Shown here one piece after another: positions 29,489 through 38,086 of a stretch of 64,000 bases of DNA. The position numbers and the translations under genes were made by a program. Location: contig CAYUXY010000003.1 of NCBI GenBank assembly GCA_964449245.1, positions 13,222-77,221 on the forward strand, in the 5' to 3' direction. This stretch comes from an uncultured Candidatus Saccharibacteria bacterium. GTDB lineage: Bacteria > Patescibacteriota > Minisyncoccia > UBA6257 > GWB1-50-10. The notes under the pieces were generated by a model that searched no databases, had not been told where the DNA came from, and saw only the letters and a list, made by a program, of their open reading frames with translations. Every line of letters starts with the position of its first letter. Position 1 is the first letter of the stretch.

Positions 29489-30352
29489 CTAATCCTGATA
29501 AAGAATGAAATCCATAACCTTATCAAACGTGCTTTTCTTCGGCGGAATATGTCCTGATGTTTTAAATATTTCGTGCATCTTGTTTCTCGCTTCGCTTGCT
29601 CCTTTTTTAATTATTTCCTCCGCATCCGCGAAATGAAAAAGCTTGTACCCTAAAACAGGTGGCGCAATTACAACATCCGCGCCGGCAAGAATTTTTCTCG
29701 ATAGCTGGTGCCCGATAATCGAGAGGGCGTAAGGCATTACCGCATAAATTTTTGTCGGACTGAAAAAATCAGTTTCTTCAAAATTAAGCCACCTTGACGA
29801 TACATCGACAGCTATCACAAAATCCGCTCCCATATCGCGCGCAACGTTCGCAGGAATCGGATTAACGAGCCCTCCGTCCATAAGCAATCTTCCTCCGGTT
29901 TTCACGGGAGGGAAAACGATCGGTATTGCAGAAGATGCGCGTATCGCTTCACTCAAATTTCCTTTTTTTATTATTACCTCATCGCCGTTTTCAACATCTG
30001 TCGCAACAGCCGAAAAAGGAATTTTACAATCGTCTATTTTTATCCCCTCTATCATCTTTTCGAGCTCCTGCATCAAATGATTTTTAAAAATCGCTCCGTC
30101 TTTTTTTCTAATCATTCTGAAAACCGGATAGATGTCCTTATGCCGTAATTTCATAAAAAATTTTTCAATGAGCGCTATGTCTTTCGTCGCCGCATAAAAT
30201 CCGCCGATCAAGGCGCCCATACTTGTACCGGATATAAAACTGATTTCGATTCCGGCGCGCTCAAGCTCTTTAATTACTCCGATATGCGCGAGCCCTTTTG
30301 CCGCTCCGCCTCCGAGAGCAAGACCTATTTTTTTCGGTTTCTTTGCTGACAT
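29489..30352 (-). CDS. patatin-like phospholipase
   Basis: 287 aa; GGGAAKGLAHIGVIKEL oxyanion hole and GTSMGALIG serine motif. Confidence 0.85.
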   Translation of the reverse strand: MSAKKPKKIGLALGGGAAKGLAHIGVIKELERAGIEISFISGTSMGALIGGFYAATKDIALIEKFFMKLRHKDIYPVFRMIRKKDGAIFKNHLMQELEKMIEGIKIDDCKIPFSAVATDVENGDEVIIKKGNLSEAIRASSAIPIVFPPVKTGGRLLMDGGLVNPIPANVARDMGADFVIAVDVSSRWLNFEETDFFSPTKIYAVMPYALSIIGHQLSRKILAGADVVIAPPVLGYKLFHFADAEEIIKKGASEARNKMHEIFKTSGHIPPKKSTFDKVMDFILYQD

Positions 30353-30354
30353 AT

Positions 30355-30392
30355 TGATTCAATAATAAAACAAATAAAGCCCGACGCAAAGT
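30355..30392 (-). terminator. rho-independent terminator after membrane-protein gene
   Basis: aaagccctctgcactttgcgtcgggcttt hairpin followed by a T-rich run on the minus strand. Confidence 0.45.
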
Positions 30393-30405
30393 GCAGAGGG
30401 CTTTA

Positions 30406-30897
30406 TTATTTATTTTTCCGGACGACAGCGAGAACGGCAATCGCCACCGAAATCACCTGTGTTCCGAAAAAGAAAAACTGCTCTTTTTCGAAGAACACAA
30501 AACCGGTTAATAGATGCACAAATGCATATATTAACCAGCCGGTTCTTTCGGTTTTGGCTTTTGACAGTAATTTTGTCCCTATCAAAAAGCCTACAGATGC
30601 CGATAACTCCGCGATAGTTAAAGCTCCGGCAAACGCCATAAAGGCAATCGCCGTCATAATAACTATCACGAGACAGTCTACCGTCCTCTCCACACTTTTC
30701 CGAGACGGGAACAAAAACTGCGCTCCCATCTGGAAAAATGTTCCTAATTCTAAAATGGAATAGATATATAATCCTATTCCAAAAAAATAGGAGACGGAAA
30801 GTGCGCCGGCTATTGCCCCCGCGAACCATCCGGAAGGTTTTCTCATAAATAAAAGAACCTTGTTTATAAGAAAAACAACGGCAACGATTATTTCCAT
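30406..30897 (-). CDS. hypothetical polytopic membrane protein
   Basis: 163 aa, 4-5 predicted TM helices; AGGAGG SD 6 nt upstream. Confidence 0.5.
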   Translation of the reverse strand: MEIIVAVVFLINKVLLFMRKPSGWFAGAIAGALSVSYFFGIGLYIYSILELGTFFQMGAQFLFPSRKSVERTVDCLVIVIMTAIAFMAFAGALTIAELSASVGFLIGTKLLSKAKTERTGWLIYAFVHLLTGFVFFEKEQFFFFGTQVISVAIAVLAVVRKNK

Positions 30898-30941
30898 TCG
30901 TTGCCTCCTTTCGTTAATTAAAGATTAAATTTTCTAAACTT

Positions 30942-30970
30942 GTTATACAATAAATACTTGATTCAGTCAA
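30942..30970 (-). promoter_or_regulatory. promoter for 30406..30897 (TTGACT-17-TATAAC)
   Basis: Minus-strand TTGACTgaat (30965-30970) and TATAAC (30942-30947); the same TTGACTgaat -35 context recurs at 31366-31371. Confidence 0.4.
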
Positions 30971-31014
30971 ATTCGATGAAATAAAAATCGAGCCGGAATT
31001 GCTTCCGGCATTTT

Positions 31015-31113
31015 CTAATGGCCGGAGTGTATTAACAACACAACAGCCAAATAGATTATTGAGGATCCAGTTACTAAACACCACGACAGGACCCTTATTT
31101 CTTTTTCTTCCAT
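31015..31113 (-). CDS. 32-aa hydrophobic micro-protein (MEEKEIRVLSWCLVTGSSIIYLAVVLLIHSGH)
   Basis: Not in ORF track (<60 aa). AGGAAAGG SD 6 nt upstream; own promoter TTGACT (31165-31170)/TATATA (31145-31150); hairpin gccggaattgcttccggc + T-run terminator downstream. Confidence 0.4.
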   Translation of the reverse strand: MEEKEIRVLSWCLVTGSSIIYLAVVLLIHSGH

Positions 31114-31144
31114 AAAAATCCTTTCCTAAAATTCTGGTTTAGGT

Positions 31145-31170
31145 ATATATTAAAAATTTGTTTTAGTCAA
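31145..31170 (-). promoter_or_regulatory. promoter for micro-ORF 31015..31113
   Basis: TTGACT then TATATA on minus strand (spacer ~15). Confidence 0.3.
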
Positions 31171-31183
31171 GCATAAAAACGCG

Positions 31184-31208
31184 CAGGGTCGGAACAATTT
31201 CGACCCTG
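31184..31208. terminator. bidirectional hairpin terminator
   Basis: cagggtcg-gaacaattt-cgaccctg 8-bp stem, flanked by attttttaa on plus strand and cgcgttttta on minus strand. Confidence 0.45.
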
Positions 31209-31213
31209 ATTTT

Positions 31214-31312
31214 TTAATGGGCCCATTGCAATAAAGATATCGCAATGGCCACTAAGAAAACGAGTTGGAAAACAGCAAATTTCCACTCATTTTCTTTTGT
31301 TATTTTTTGCAT
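31214..31312 (-). CDS. 32-aa hydrophobic micro-protein (MQKITKENEWKFAVFQLVFLVAIAISLLQWAH), paralog of 31015..31113
   Basis: Same length and architecture (charged N-term, one TM, C-terminal His); GGAGGG SD; promoter TTGACT-17-TATATA (31343-31371); terminator hairpin at 31184-31208. Confidence 0.4.
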   Translation of the reverse strand: MQKITKENEWKFAVFQLVFLVAIAISLLQWAH

Positions 31313-31342
31313 AATACCCTCCAATTTAAAAATCCTAATTTA

Positions 31343-31371
31343 TATATAAAATTATTTACGAATTCAGTCAA
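31343..31371 (-). promoter_or_regulatory. promoter for micro-ORF 31214..31312 (TTGACT-17-TATATA)
   Basis: Minus-strand TTGACT at 31366-31371, 17-nt spacer, TATATA at 31343-31348. Confidence 0.4.
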
Positions 31372-31418
31372 ATGTAAAAACAATTAGAGCCGGGGATTTA
31401 TTTCCGGCTCTAAAATTT

Positions 31419-31592
31419 TCACTGCGCCATGAGCCTCAATACCTCCTCCCGCAACTGCGGCGGAATCATGAAATATGTAGCGATGGCGGTTATCAAAAAC
31501 CCCAAAACCATTCCTGCCAACAACATCAGCAATAAATCTGAAATTCCCCATTCTTTGGCAGGAGGTTCCTGCCATTTTTTATTGTTTCTCAT
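31419..31592 (-). CDS. 57-aa single-TM micro-protein (MRNNKKWQEPPAKEWGISDLLLMLLAGMVLGFLITAIATYFMIPPQLREEVLRLMAQ)
   Basis: Frame differs from the ORF-track 63-aa call 31384..31575; preferred because of GGAGTAGGAGA SD, a consensus promoter and a clear TM helix; terminator hairpin agagccgg...ccggctct + T-run downstream (31385-31412). Confidence 0.35.
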   Translation of the reverse strand: MRNNKKWQEPPAKEWGISDLLLMLLAGMVLGFLITAIATYFMIPPQLREEVLRLMAQ

Positions 31593-31634
31593 TCTCCTAC
31601 TCCATATTTAAATGATTAATAAGTTCTGTTTGCA

Positions 31635-31662
31635 ATTATACCACAAAATACCGATTTGTCAA
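31635..31662 (-). promoter_or_regulatory. consensus sigma70 promoter TTGACA-16-TATAAT for micro-ORF 31419..31592
   Basis: Minus-strand TTGACA (31657-31662) inside palindrome ccgatTTGTCAatcgg; TATAAT at 31635-31640. Confidence 0.45.
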
Positions 31663-31762
31663 TCGGCTGTGGGTGAATTCTCATGCTCATTACACTTTTA
31701 TCTTTCTACTTTAATCTTTTCTGCCTACGGCAGATCTCCCGTAGGGAGACATCTCTCTACTT

Positions 31763-34294
31763 CTATTTCTTAAGCACCTTCCTCAAATACTCTCCCGTAA
31801 AGCTTCCCGCGAGGCGAGAAATATGCTCCGGAGTTCCCTCGCCTACGATATACCCGCCCTTGTCTCCCCCTTCAGGGCCGAGATCTATCACCCAGTCCGC
31901 CGTTTTAATTACATCAAGATTGTGCTCGATTACGACTACTGTATTTCCCCTATCCACGAGCTTATGCAAAACCTCAAGAAGCTTTTTAACATCATGAAAA
32001 TGAAGCCCCGTTGTCGGCTCGTCCAAAAGATAAATGGTATTCCTTGTATCGCGTTTCCCGAGTTCCGCACCGAGCTTTACTCTCTGCGCTTCTCCGCCTG
32101 ATAAGGTCGTAGCTGATTGCCCGAGTTTTAAGTATCCAAGCCCAACATCGTTTAATACTTTCAATCTGTCTTCAAGCCAAGGTATGTCGTTAAAGAAACG
32201 CGTAGCTTCTTCTATCGTCATTTCGAGCACTTCGTATATATTTTTCTTCCTGTATTTTACCTCGAGCGTTTCCCTGTCGAATCTCTTTCCTTTGCATACG
32301 TCGCATTCGACATACACGGTAGGCAAAAAGTGCATTTCAATAGCAATCACTCCGTGACCTTCGCAGTTTTCGCATCTTCCTCCTTTAACATTAAAGCTGA
32401 ATCTTCCGGGCTTATACCCTCTTACCCGCGCATCTTCGCTTCCCGCGAAAAGATCGCGTATATGCGTCCACGCGCCAACATAAGTTGCGGGATTCGAGCG
32501 CGGAGTTCTTCCTATCGGCGACTGATCTATATTTATAACGCGCGTAATATGTTCGAGCCCAGTCATTCCTTTATGCACCCCCGGAACAAAACTTGAGCCG
32601 TTCAATTTATTTGCGAGCGTTTTCCAAAGCACATCATAAACGAGAGTGCTTTTCCCCGAACCGGAAACTCCTGTAACGGCTACAAATCTACGAAGCGGAA
32701 TTTTTACATTTATATTTTGCAGATTGTTTTCGCTTATCCCTTTTATTTCAAGAAAATCATTTCTCCCGTCTTTGTCTATATTTACTATCCTTCTCTTTTC
32801 CGGCAACGGAACAAACTCTTCCCCGCGAAGATACTGAAGCGTAAGAGAATTTTTGCTCTTATCTTTCAAAATTTCAGGAATTTTACCTTCAGCGACCACA
32901 TTCCCTCCGTGTATTCCCGCGGCCGGACCTATATCAACGAGATAGTCCGACGAGCGGATTGTATCTTCATCGTGCTCGACGACTATTACGGTATTCCCTA
33001 AATCGCGTAATTCTATAAGCGTACCTATCAACTTTTCGTTATCTTTTTGATGCAAGCCTATTGTCGGCTCATCAAGAATATAAAGCGTTCCGGTAAGTCG
33101 CGACCCTATTTGCGAAGCGAGCCTTATTCTCTGCGCTTCACCGCCCGACAAAGTTCCTGCTTTTCGCTCCAGCGTAAGATATTCGAGCCCCACGTCAATC
33201 ATAAATTTCAAACGGTTTTTGATTTCTCTTAACGGGACTTCGGCAACATCCGAAAACTTTTTATTTTTTGTTTTTTCCACTTCTTCGAAAAATGCGTAGG
33301 CTTCTTTGATAGACATAGCCGACACGTTTGCAATGTTTTTTCCTTTTATTAACACGTTTAAGGCTTCTTCTTTAAGCCTTTTGCCGGCGCATACTTCGCA
33401 GACTTTCTCCGACCAAACATTTTCAACTCCAAGCCCGTGACAAGCTTCGCACGCTCCATACGGGCTATTAAACGAGAAAAGCCTCGGCTCTATTTCTGGA
33501 AATGAAAATCCGTCCTCGGGGCAGGTAAATTTTGCCGAAAGAGACACTTCGTTTTCCGTAATAACAGTAATCACGCCATTGCCGTATTTTAGCGCAGACT
33601 CAATAGCTTCAGACAAACGTAAACGCGTATCTTTATCTTTAAAGTCGAGCCCATAAGGCATCCTGTCTATGAGCAGGTCTATGGAGTGTTTTTTATTTCT
33701 ATCAAGCTCTATCCTATCGCGTAAAGAACAAAATTTCCCGTCTATCTTCGCTTCCGAATATCCGGCGTTTAAAAAATCATAAAGCATCTGATAATATTCC
33801 CCTTTCCTGCCTCTCACAACGGGAGCGAGAATAAGCATATTTCTTTTATTTACATTTTCTGCGGATATTTGAACCGCAACGTCCACTATCTCTTCATTCG
33901 TCAGTTTTTTAATTTCCTTCCCGCAGTTCGGGCAATGCGGAGTGCCGACACGGGCGAATAAAACACGGAGATAATCATAAATCTCCGTTATCGTTGCAAC
34001 GGTTGAGCGCGGGTTCGCGGAATGGCTTTTCTGGTCTATCGATATTGCCGGAGAAAGCCCTTCTATTTCGTCTACATCTGGCTTGCTTAATCTTCCCAAA
34101 AACTGCCGAGCGTATGCGGAAAGAGATTCTATGTATCTCCTCTGCCCTTCGGCAAAAATAGTATCAAATGCGAGAGAAGACTTGCCAGAACCCGAAAGTC
34201 CGGTAAACACTATCATTTTGTTTCGAGGAATTTCGAGATTAATGTTCTTTAAATTATGCTCGCGAGCACCTCGTATTATTATTTTATCGTTCAT
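31763..34294 (-). CDS. uvrA: excinuclease ABC subunit A
   Basis: 843 aa; two ABC ATPase modules ([14 protein letters not shown] and [11 protein letters not shown]), zinc-finger Cys clusters, LSGGEAQR signature x2. Confidence 0.9.
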   Translation of the reverse strand: MNDKIIIRGAREHNLKNINLEIPRNKMIVFTGLSGSGKSSLAFDTIFAEGQRRYIESLSAYARQFLGRLSKPDVDEIEGLSPAISIDQKSHSANPRSTVATITEIYDYLRVLFARVGTPHCPNCGKEIKKLTNEEIVDVAVQISAENVNKRNMLILAPVVRGRKGEYYQMLYDFLNAGYSEAKIDGKFCSLRDRIELDRNKKHSIDLLIDRMPYGLDFKDKDTRLRLSEAIESALKYGNGVITVITENEVSLSAKFTCPEDGFSFPEIEPRLFSFNSPYGACEACHGLGVENVWSEKVCEVCAGKRLKEEALNVLIKGKNIANVSAMSIKEAYAFFEEVEKTKNKKFSDVAEVPLREIKNRLKFMIDVGLEYLTLERKAGTLSGGEAQRIRLASQIGSRLTGTLYILDEPTIGLHQKDNEKLIGTLIELRDLGNTVIVVEHDEDTIRSSDYLVDIGPAAGIHGGNVVAEGKIPEILKDKSKNSLTLQYLRGEEFVPLPEKRRIVNIDKDGRNDFLEIKGISENNLQNINVKIPLRRFVAVTGVSGSGKSTLVYDVLWKTLANKLNGSSFVPGVHKGMTGLEHITRVINIDQSPIGRTPRSNPATYVGAWTHIRDLFAGSEDARVRGYKPGRFSFNVKGGRCENCEGHGVIAIEMHFLPTVYVECDVCKGKRFDRETLEVKYRKKNIYEVLEMTIEEATRFFNDIPWLEDRLKVLNDVGLGYLKLGQSATTLSGGEAQRVKLGAELGKRDTRNTIYLLDEPTTGLHFHDVKKLLEVLHKLVDRGNTVVVIEHNLDVIKTADWVIDLGPEGGDKGGYIVGEGTPEHISRLAGSFTGEYLRKVLKK

Positions 34295-34387
34295 ATTTTA
34301 TTGCCTATATGCCGAACAAACCCGCACTCGGGTTTATATGGGTTATATAAGAGAAGATTACATTCGAGAGAGATGAATGTCAAAGTG

Positions 34388-35155
34388 TTAAAAGAAAAGT
34401 AATATAACAAGCACTAATACTATCCTGTATATTCCGAAAGGAACAAACGTATGTGTTTTAATGAAAGACAAAACAAATTTAACCGCTAAAAACGCCACAA
34501 TAAAGGACGTGACAAATCCTACGACCAAAAACAAAAACTCATTCATATTAAAAGACACGGCGTTTTTTATTAAATCGAGTCCTGTGGCCGCGCCCATTGT
34601 AGGAACCGCGAGCAAAAAAGAAAATTGTACGATTGCCCTGCGAGAAACGCCCATATGAAGCCCGCCTAATATTGTCGCGGCCGCCCGCGAGACACCGGGG
34701 ATAATAGCGAGCGACTGGAAAACTCCTATTGAAATAGCTTGCCTGTACGTCAATAATCCCAAATCATCCGTCACCTCTTTTTTCCCATCATAAAACCGCT
34801 CAAAAAGAATTATGCCTATTCCTCCTAAGAGAAGCGCCCATAAAACAATATTAGTGTCTGCGAGCAAATACGTTTTTACTGTTTTGTAAAAAATAAGTCC
34901 GATAATAGCCGTTGGAATAAACGCCGCGATAATGCGCTTCATTATTCTTCTGTTCACAAATAGCTCTTTCCAATAAATCGCGACTATCGCGAGAATGGCT
35001 CCGAGCTGGATCGATATTTCAAACGTTTTTAAGAACTCGGTTTGCGAGTCTCCTAATATGCGCGTAACGAGCATCAAGTGCCCCGTCGAAGAAACCGGAA
35101 GAAATTCCGTTAAACCTTCTACTATGCCGTAGATAATCGCGTCGAATAAATTCAT
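34388..35155 (-). CDS. uppP: undecaprenyl-diphosphatase
   Basis: MNLFDAIIYGIVEGLTEFLPVSSTGHL BacA/UppP N-terminal signature; 7-8 TM helices. Confidence 0.85.
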   Translation of the reverse strand: MNLFDAIIYGIVEGLTEFLPVSSTGHLMLVTRILGDSQTEFLKTFEISIQLGAILAIVAIYWKELFVNRRIMKRIIAAFIPTAIIGLIFYKTVKTYLLADTNIVLWALLLGGIGIILFERFYDGKKEVTDDLGLLTYRQAISIGVFQSLAIIPGVSRAAATILGGLHMGVSRRAIVQFSFLLAVPTMGAATGLDLIKNAVSFNMNEFLFLVVGFVTSFIVAFLAVKFVLSFIKTHTFVPFGIYRIVLVLVILLFF

Positions 35156-35229
35156 ATCCCCCAAATAATAACACACCCCGTCTGTTTATATCCAAACGGG
35201 GTGTGTATATTCCTAAATTATTTTTTTAA

Positions 35230-37125
35230 TTAGGCAAGTTTTCTCTTTCTCCCAAAGATTGCATATCCGGCATATACGATTCCGAAAAATACGAATACGG
35301 CTATGAAAGATGCAAAGTTTCCCGCTTTTCCAAAAGATAACAAATTGGCAAGCTGAAAAATACCTTTTGGAGTTTTGGTAATTGAATTCATATTCGCAAG
35401 AGCAAACAAATTCGTTCCGGTAAGCGTATCAAAGTTGTCATCGTTTAAAACGAACGAAGAATCTCCGAATGATATGAACCCTGACCCTGATTTTTTCGCA
35501 GTAAACTTTACAAGCGCAAAAATTGTTTTTTCATTGAATCCCTTCGGCATTCCTGCTGTTTTAATAATCATTCCGTTTTCTTCGTCGACAACATCATAAT
35601 CGTCGCGCACAACAGGCACCCATCCGGACCAATAAGTAGTAGAGTCATACTTGAAAATGTCGGACGGATAATGCATCTCCATACGCGCCGTATAATTCAA
35701 TGCATCCTTTTCAGGCGTCGCTATAACTATTATTGAAATTTCCTGACCTTCTATAGCCGTAACGGTGTCCGGAAGCGCAGAGAATTTAGAGGCTATTTTG
35801 GATGGAATATATGCATCATCAACTCTTATATCAACCCAACCGTCCATTAATTCGCTTACATCGCGCGAATTTACTTTTCCATCGTAATTAAGGTCAGCGT
35901 AGTTGCCTGCTCTATTTTCGCCCCAATTTACCATAAGCGTATTGAAATCGAGAATTGATTCTTTTACACCGCTCACAACAGTCGTCTGCGGAACAGGTAC
36001 ATATATGATGGTCGGCTCCGGAGTTACCGGCGTTTCCGGTTCAGGAGTCACCGGCGCATCTCCGTATCTTATTTCATCCGAAACAATCTCTGATTCTTCC
36101 TGATTAGAATTCCTATATTTTACATATACGGTTTTCATTCCCCATCCTTCCGTGAGCGTCCATGATTTTGAATCCGTATACGCCTCCCAATTGGCATCCT
36201 TTAAGTTTGCCGAATTGGCAATCTTCATTTGCGCCGCGCTTTTTGCCACTAAAGACAACTTAACGTCAACGGTGTCGGTTTGTTCCGCTCCATCGTTAAT
36301 AATAACCCGTGCATTTGAAATAGCCGTAATCGGAGTATTTGATCCACCCCCTCCTCCGCCACCCCCACCACCGCCATTATTTCCGCCGGCAAGAGTTTTT
36401 GCTGAAGTAATAACGAGCGGAGATGAAATCGCGCATATATTAGTAAGTTTAATTGCAAAATAATAAGTCGTGTCTTTATTAAGCCCGCCTACATTTATAG
36501 TTTGCGTAGTCCCCGGGATAGGCTGAGGAACGTTCATGAGCTGTGGCGAGATATAGAAATTGCCTTCCGTTATTTGAGAAGTCGAAAAATGTATTTCAAT
36601 TTGAGAAAGATCCCCTTGTGAAGGCGTGGCCCAAGAGAGGGCTATTTCCGAATTGGAATTCGCAGTCCCCAAAAAGTTAGCAACGGGAAACGGGCTATTG
36701 CACCCATCACCGCCTCCGCCACCTCCTCCGCCACCGTTTCCGGTATTAACGGATGTAATAACAATAGGAGAATATTCCGCCATTATATTGCTTGCGCGAA
36801 TACCAAAATTATACGTAGTGTCCGCAGAAAATCCCGAAATCTGCATTGATTGCGTCGCTCCGGGGATAGGCTGAGGAACGTTCATGAGCTGTGGCGAGAT
36901 ATAGAAATTGCCTTCCGTTATTTGAGAGGTCGAAAAATGTATTTCAAGCTGATTAATTGTTCCATCGTTCGGCACAGTCCACGAAAGAGTGATATTCCCG
37001 CCGGAGAACGAGGCCGAAAATCCGCTAACGGGAGCTACCGAAGCGTTCGCTACAGGCATCGCGGACAAAAGAAGTCCTATAATAGATGCTGTAACTGCAA
37101 TATTTCTGAAGATTTTGTTTTTCAT
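35230..37125 (-). CDS. secreted/cell-surface protein with two tandem FN3-like repeats, poly-Gly linkers, dockerin-like motif and C-terminal TM anchor
   Basis: 631 aa; signal peptide; a 116-codon unit duplicated (85 nt nearly identical at 36515-36599 and 36863-36947); G9-G13 runs; DLNYDGKVNSRD dockerin-like; C-terminal hydrophobic helix + GRKRKLA. Confidence 0.5.
   Translation of the reverse strand: MKNKIFRNIAVTASIIGLLLSAMPVANASVAPVSGFSASFSGGNITLSWTVPNDGTINQLEIHFSTSQITEGNFYISPQLMNVPQPIPGATQSMQISGFSADTTYNFGIRASNIMAEYSPIVITSVNTGNGGGGGGGGGDGCNSPFPVANFLGTANSNSEIALSWATPSQGDLSQIEIHFSTSQITEGNFYISPQLMNVPQPIPGTTQTINVGGLNKDTTYYFAIKLTNICAISSPLVITSAKTLAGGNNGGGGGGGGGGGSNTPITAISNARVIINDGAEQTDTVDVKLSLVAKSAAQMKIANSANLKDANWEAYTDSKSWTLTEGWGMKTVYVKYRNSNQEESEIVSDEIRYGDAPVTPEPETPVTPEPTIIYVPVPQTTVVSGVKESILDFNTLMVNWGENRAGNYADLNYDGKVNSRDVSELMDGWVDIRVDDAYIPSKIASKFSALPDTVTAIEGQEISIIVIATPEKDALNYTARMEMHYPSDIFKYDSTTYWSGWVPVVRDDYDVVDEENGMIIKTAGMPKGFNEKTIFALVKFTAKKSGSGFISFGDSSFVLNDDNFDTLTGTNLFALANMNSITKTPKGIFQLANLLSFGKAGNFASFIAVFVFFGIVYAGYAIFGRKRKLA
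36515..36947. repeat. intragenic direct repeats (85 nt, 1 mismatch) 348 nt apart
   Basis: gggataggctgaggaacgttcatgagctgtggcgagatatagaaattgccttccgttatttgaga[a/g]gtcgaaaaatgtatttcaa at 36515-36599 and 36863-36947. Confidence 0.8.
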
Positions 37126-37224
37126 ACTGTCTGATTTTACTGGTAAATATTAGCATAGAACGGCAGAAATGTCAACACTACCGCTTATGGCGATATTATG
37201 TCGTAATATTTTTCCTGATTAGGC

Positions 37225-37881
37225 TTAAAACTTCGGTTTTTTGATGACCTGCACAACCTTCCCGTTTATCATAAAATCATCGTTTTCGTGGATATAAATA
37301 GGAGGGAAATTTTTAGTAGATTCCGACATTAATACAACTTGCCTGTTTTCTTTATCCAAAAAGAACTTTTTGATATTAGCCATTCCGTCGATAATAGAAA
37401 GCACAATATCACCGTTTCTCGGATGTTTTTCATTTAAATCTATAATCACATAATCCCCGTCTTCTATTCTCTTGCCATTGATTTTCGCTCGGTTCATACT
37501 CGGCCCATTTACCTGTAGCGCAAAGAAACGATGCTCGCCTTTTATTGATCTATCGAGTAGCGTGCTCGATATCCGCAAGAATCCCTCGACATTCGTTTCT
37601 GCAAAAATTTGCGCCGGACCGGCATTCACGGATCCTAATATAGGCACGGACAAAATTTTCCCCATTCCCATAATTCCCTTCTGCCACTCTTGTTCGTTCT
37701 TTTTTATCATTCCTTTTACCTTGTCAATTCTTAAAAGTCCCTTCTTTTCAAGCTCGCCTAAATGATGCTTTATCTTCTGTGGCGACTCTTCTCCTATAAA
37801 CGAGCCGATTTCTCTAAGAGAAAACTGCCCTAAATTTTTTTCCCGCGCGAGTTTTAATAATTGTTCTTGTATTTTGTGCAT
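37225..37881 (-). CDS. lexA: LexA repressor
   Basis: 218 aa; N-terminal winged HTH, GPSM serine and K in S24 peptidase domain (VNGPSMNRAKI...IKKFF). Confidence 0.85.
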   Translation of the reverse strand: MHKIQEQLLKLAREKNLGQFSLREIGSFIGEESPQKIKHHLGELEKKGLLRIDKVKGMIKKNEQEWQKGIMGMGKILSVPILGSVNAGPAQIFAETNVEGFLRISSTLLDRSIKGEHRFFALQVNGPSMNRAKINGKRIEDGDYVIIDLNEKHPRNGDIVLSIIDGMANIKKFFLDKENRQVVLMSESTKNFPPIYIHENDDFMINGKVVQVIKKPKF

Positions 37882-37892
37882 ACCGTTATTGT

Positions 37893-37930
37893 AGCATATT
37901 TTTACGGAAATGGGTCAATATGCCGTAAAA
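37893..37930 (-). promoter_or_regulatory. lexA promoter elements overlapped by an inverted repeat (candidate SOS operator)
   Basis: TTTTACGG (37900-37907) - N15 - CCGTAAAA (37923-37930) overlaps -35-like TTGACC (37913-37918) and -10-like TATGCT/TACAAT just upstream of the lexA ATG. Confidence 0.3.
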
Positions 37931-37944
37931 ATTGACGGATGATA

Positions 37945-38086
37945 GAAAGTTAAAAGACGAAAGTTGAAAGATAAAAGTATGAATGCGGGTATTTTTCTTT
38001 CTTTTCTTTCAACTTTTTACTTGTCCCTTTTGTCTAATTACTTTTGCTTTCTTCTCTAACAACTAAAAACTAATAACTACAAACTG
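37945..38086. repeat. repeat module D (37945-37985), long AAAG/CTTT hairpin (37961-38025) and repeat module B (38054-38086)
   Basis: aaagttgaaagataaaagta matches 47770-47789 (18/20); the hairpin arms aaagttgaaagataaaag / cttttctttcaacttt likely terminate the MFS gene; ctctaacaactaaaaactaata identical to 18147-18168. Confidence 0.55.

Noticed and set aside
31384-31575. ORF-track 63-aa call (MAGTSCQRMGNFRF...) on minus strand
   Set aside because: No SD and a non-protein-like sequence. The overlapping frame 31419..31592 has a strong SD, a consensus promoter and a clean TM helix, so it is preferred, though neither is proven.
36152-36463. Plus-strand ORF with poly-Pro run
   Set aside because: Antisense shadow of the poly-Gly-encoding GGN runs in the surface-protein gene.
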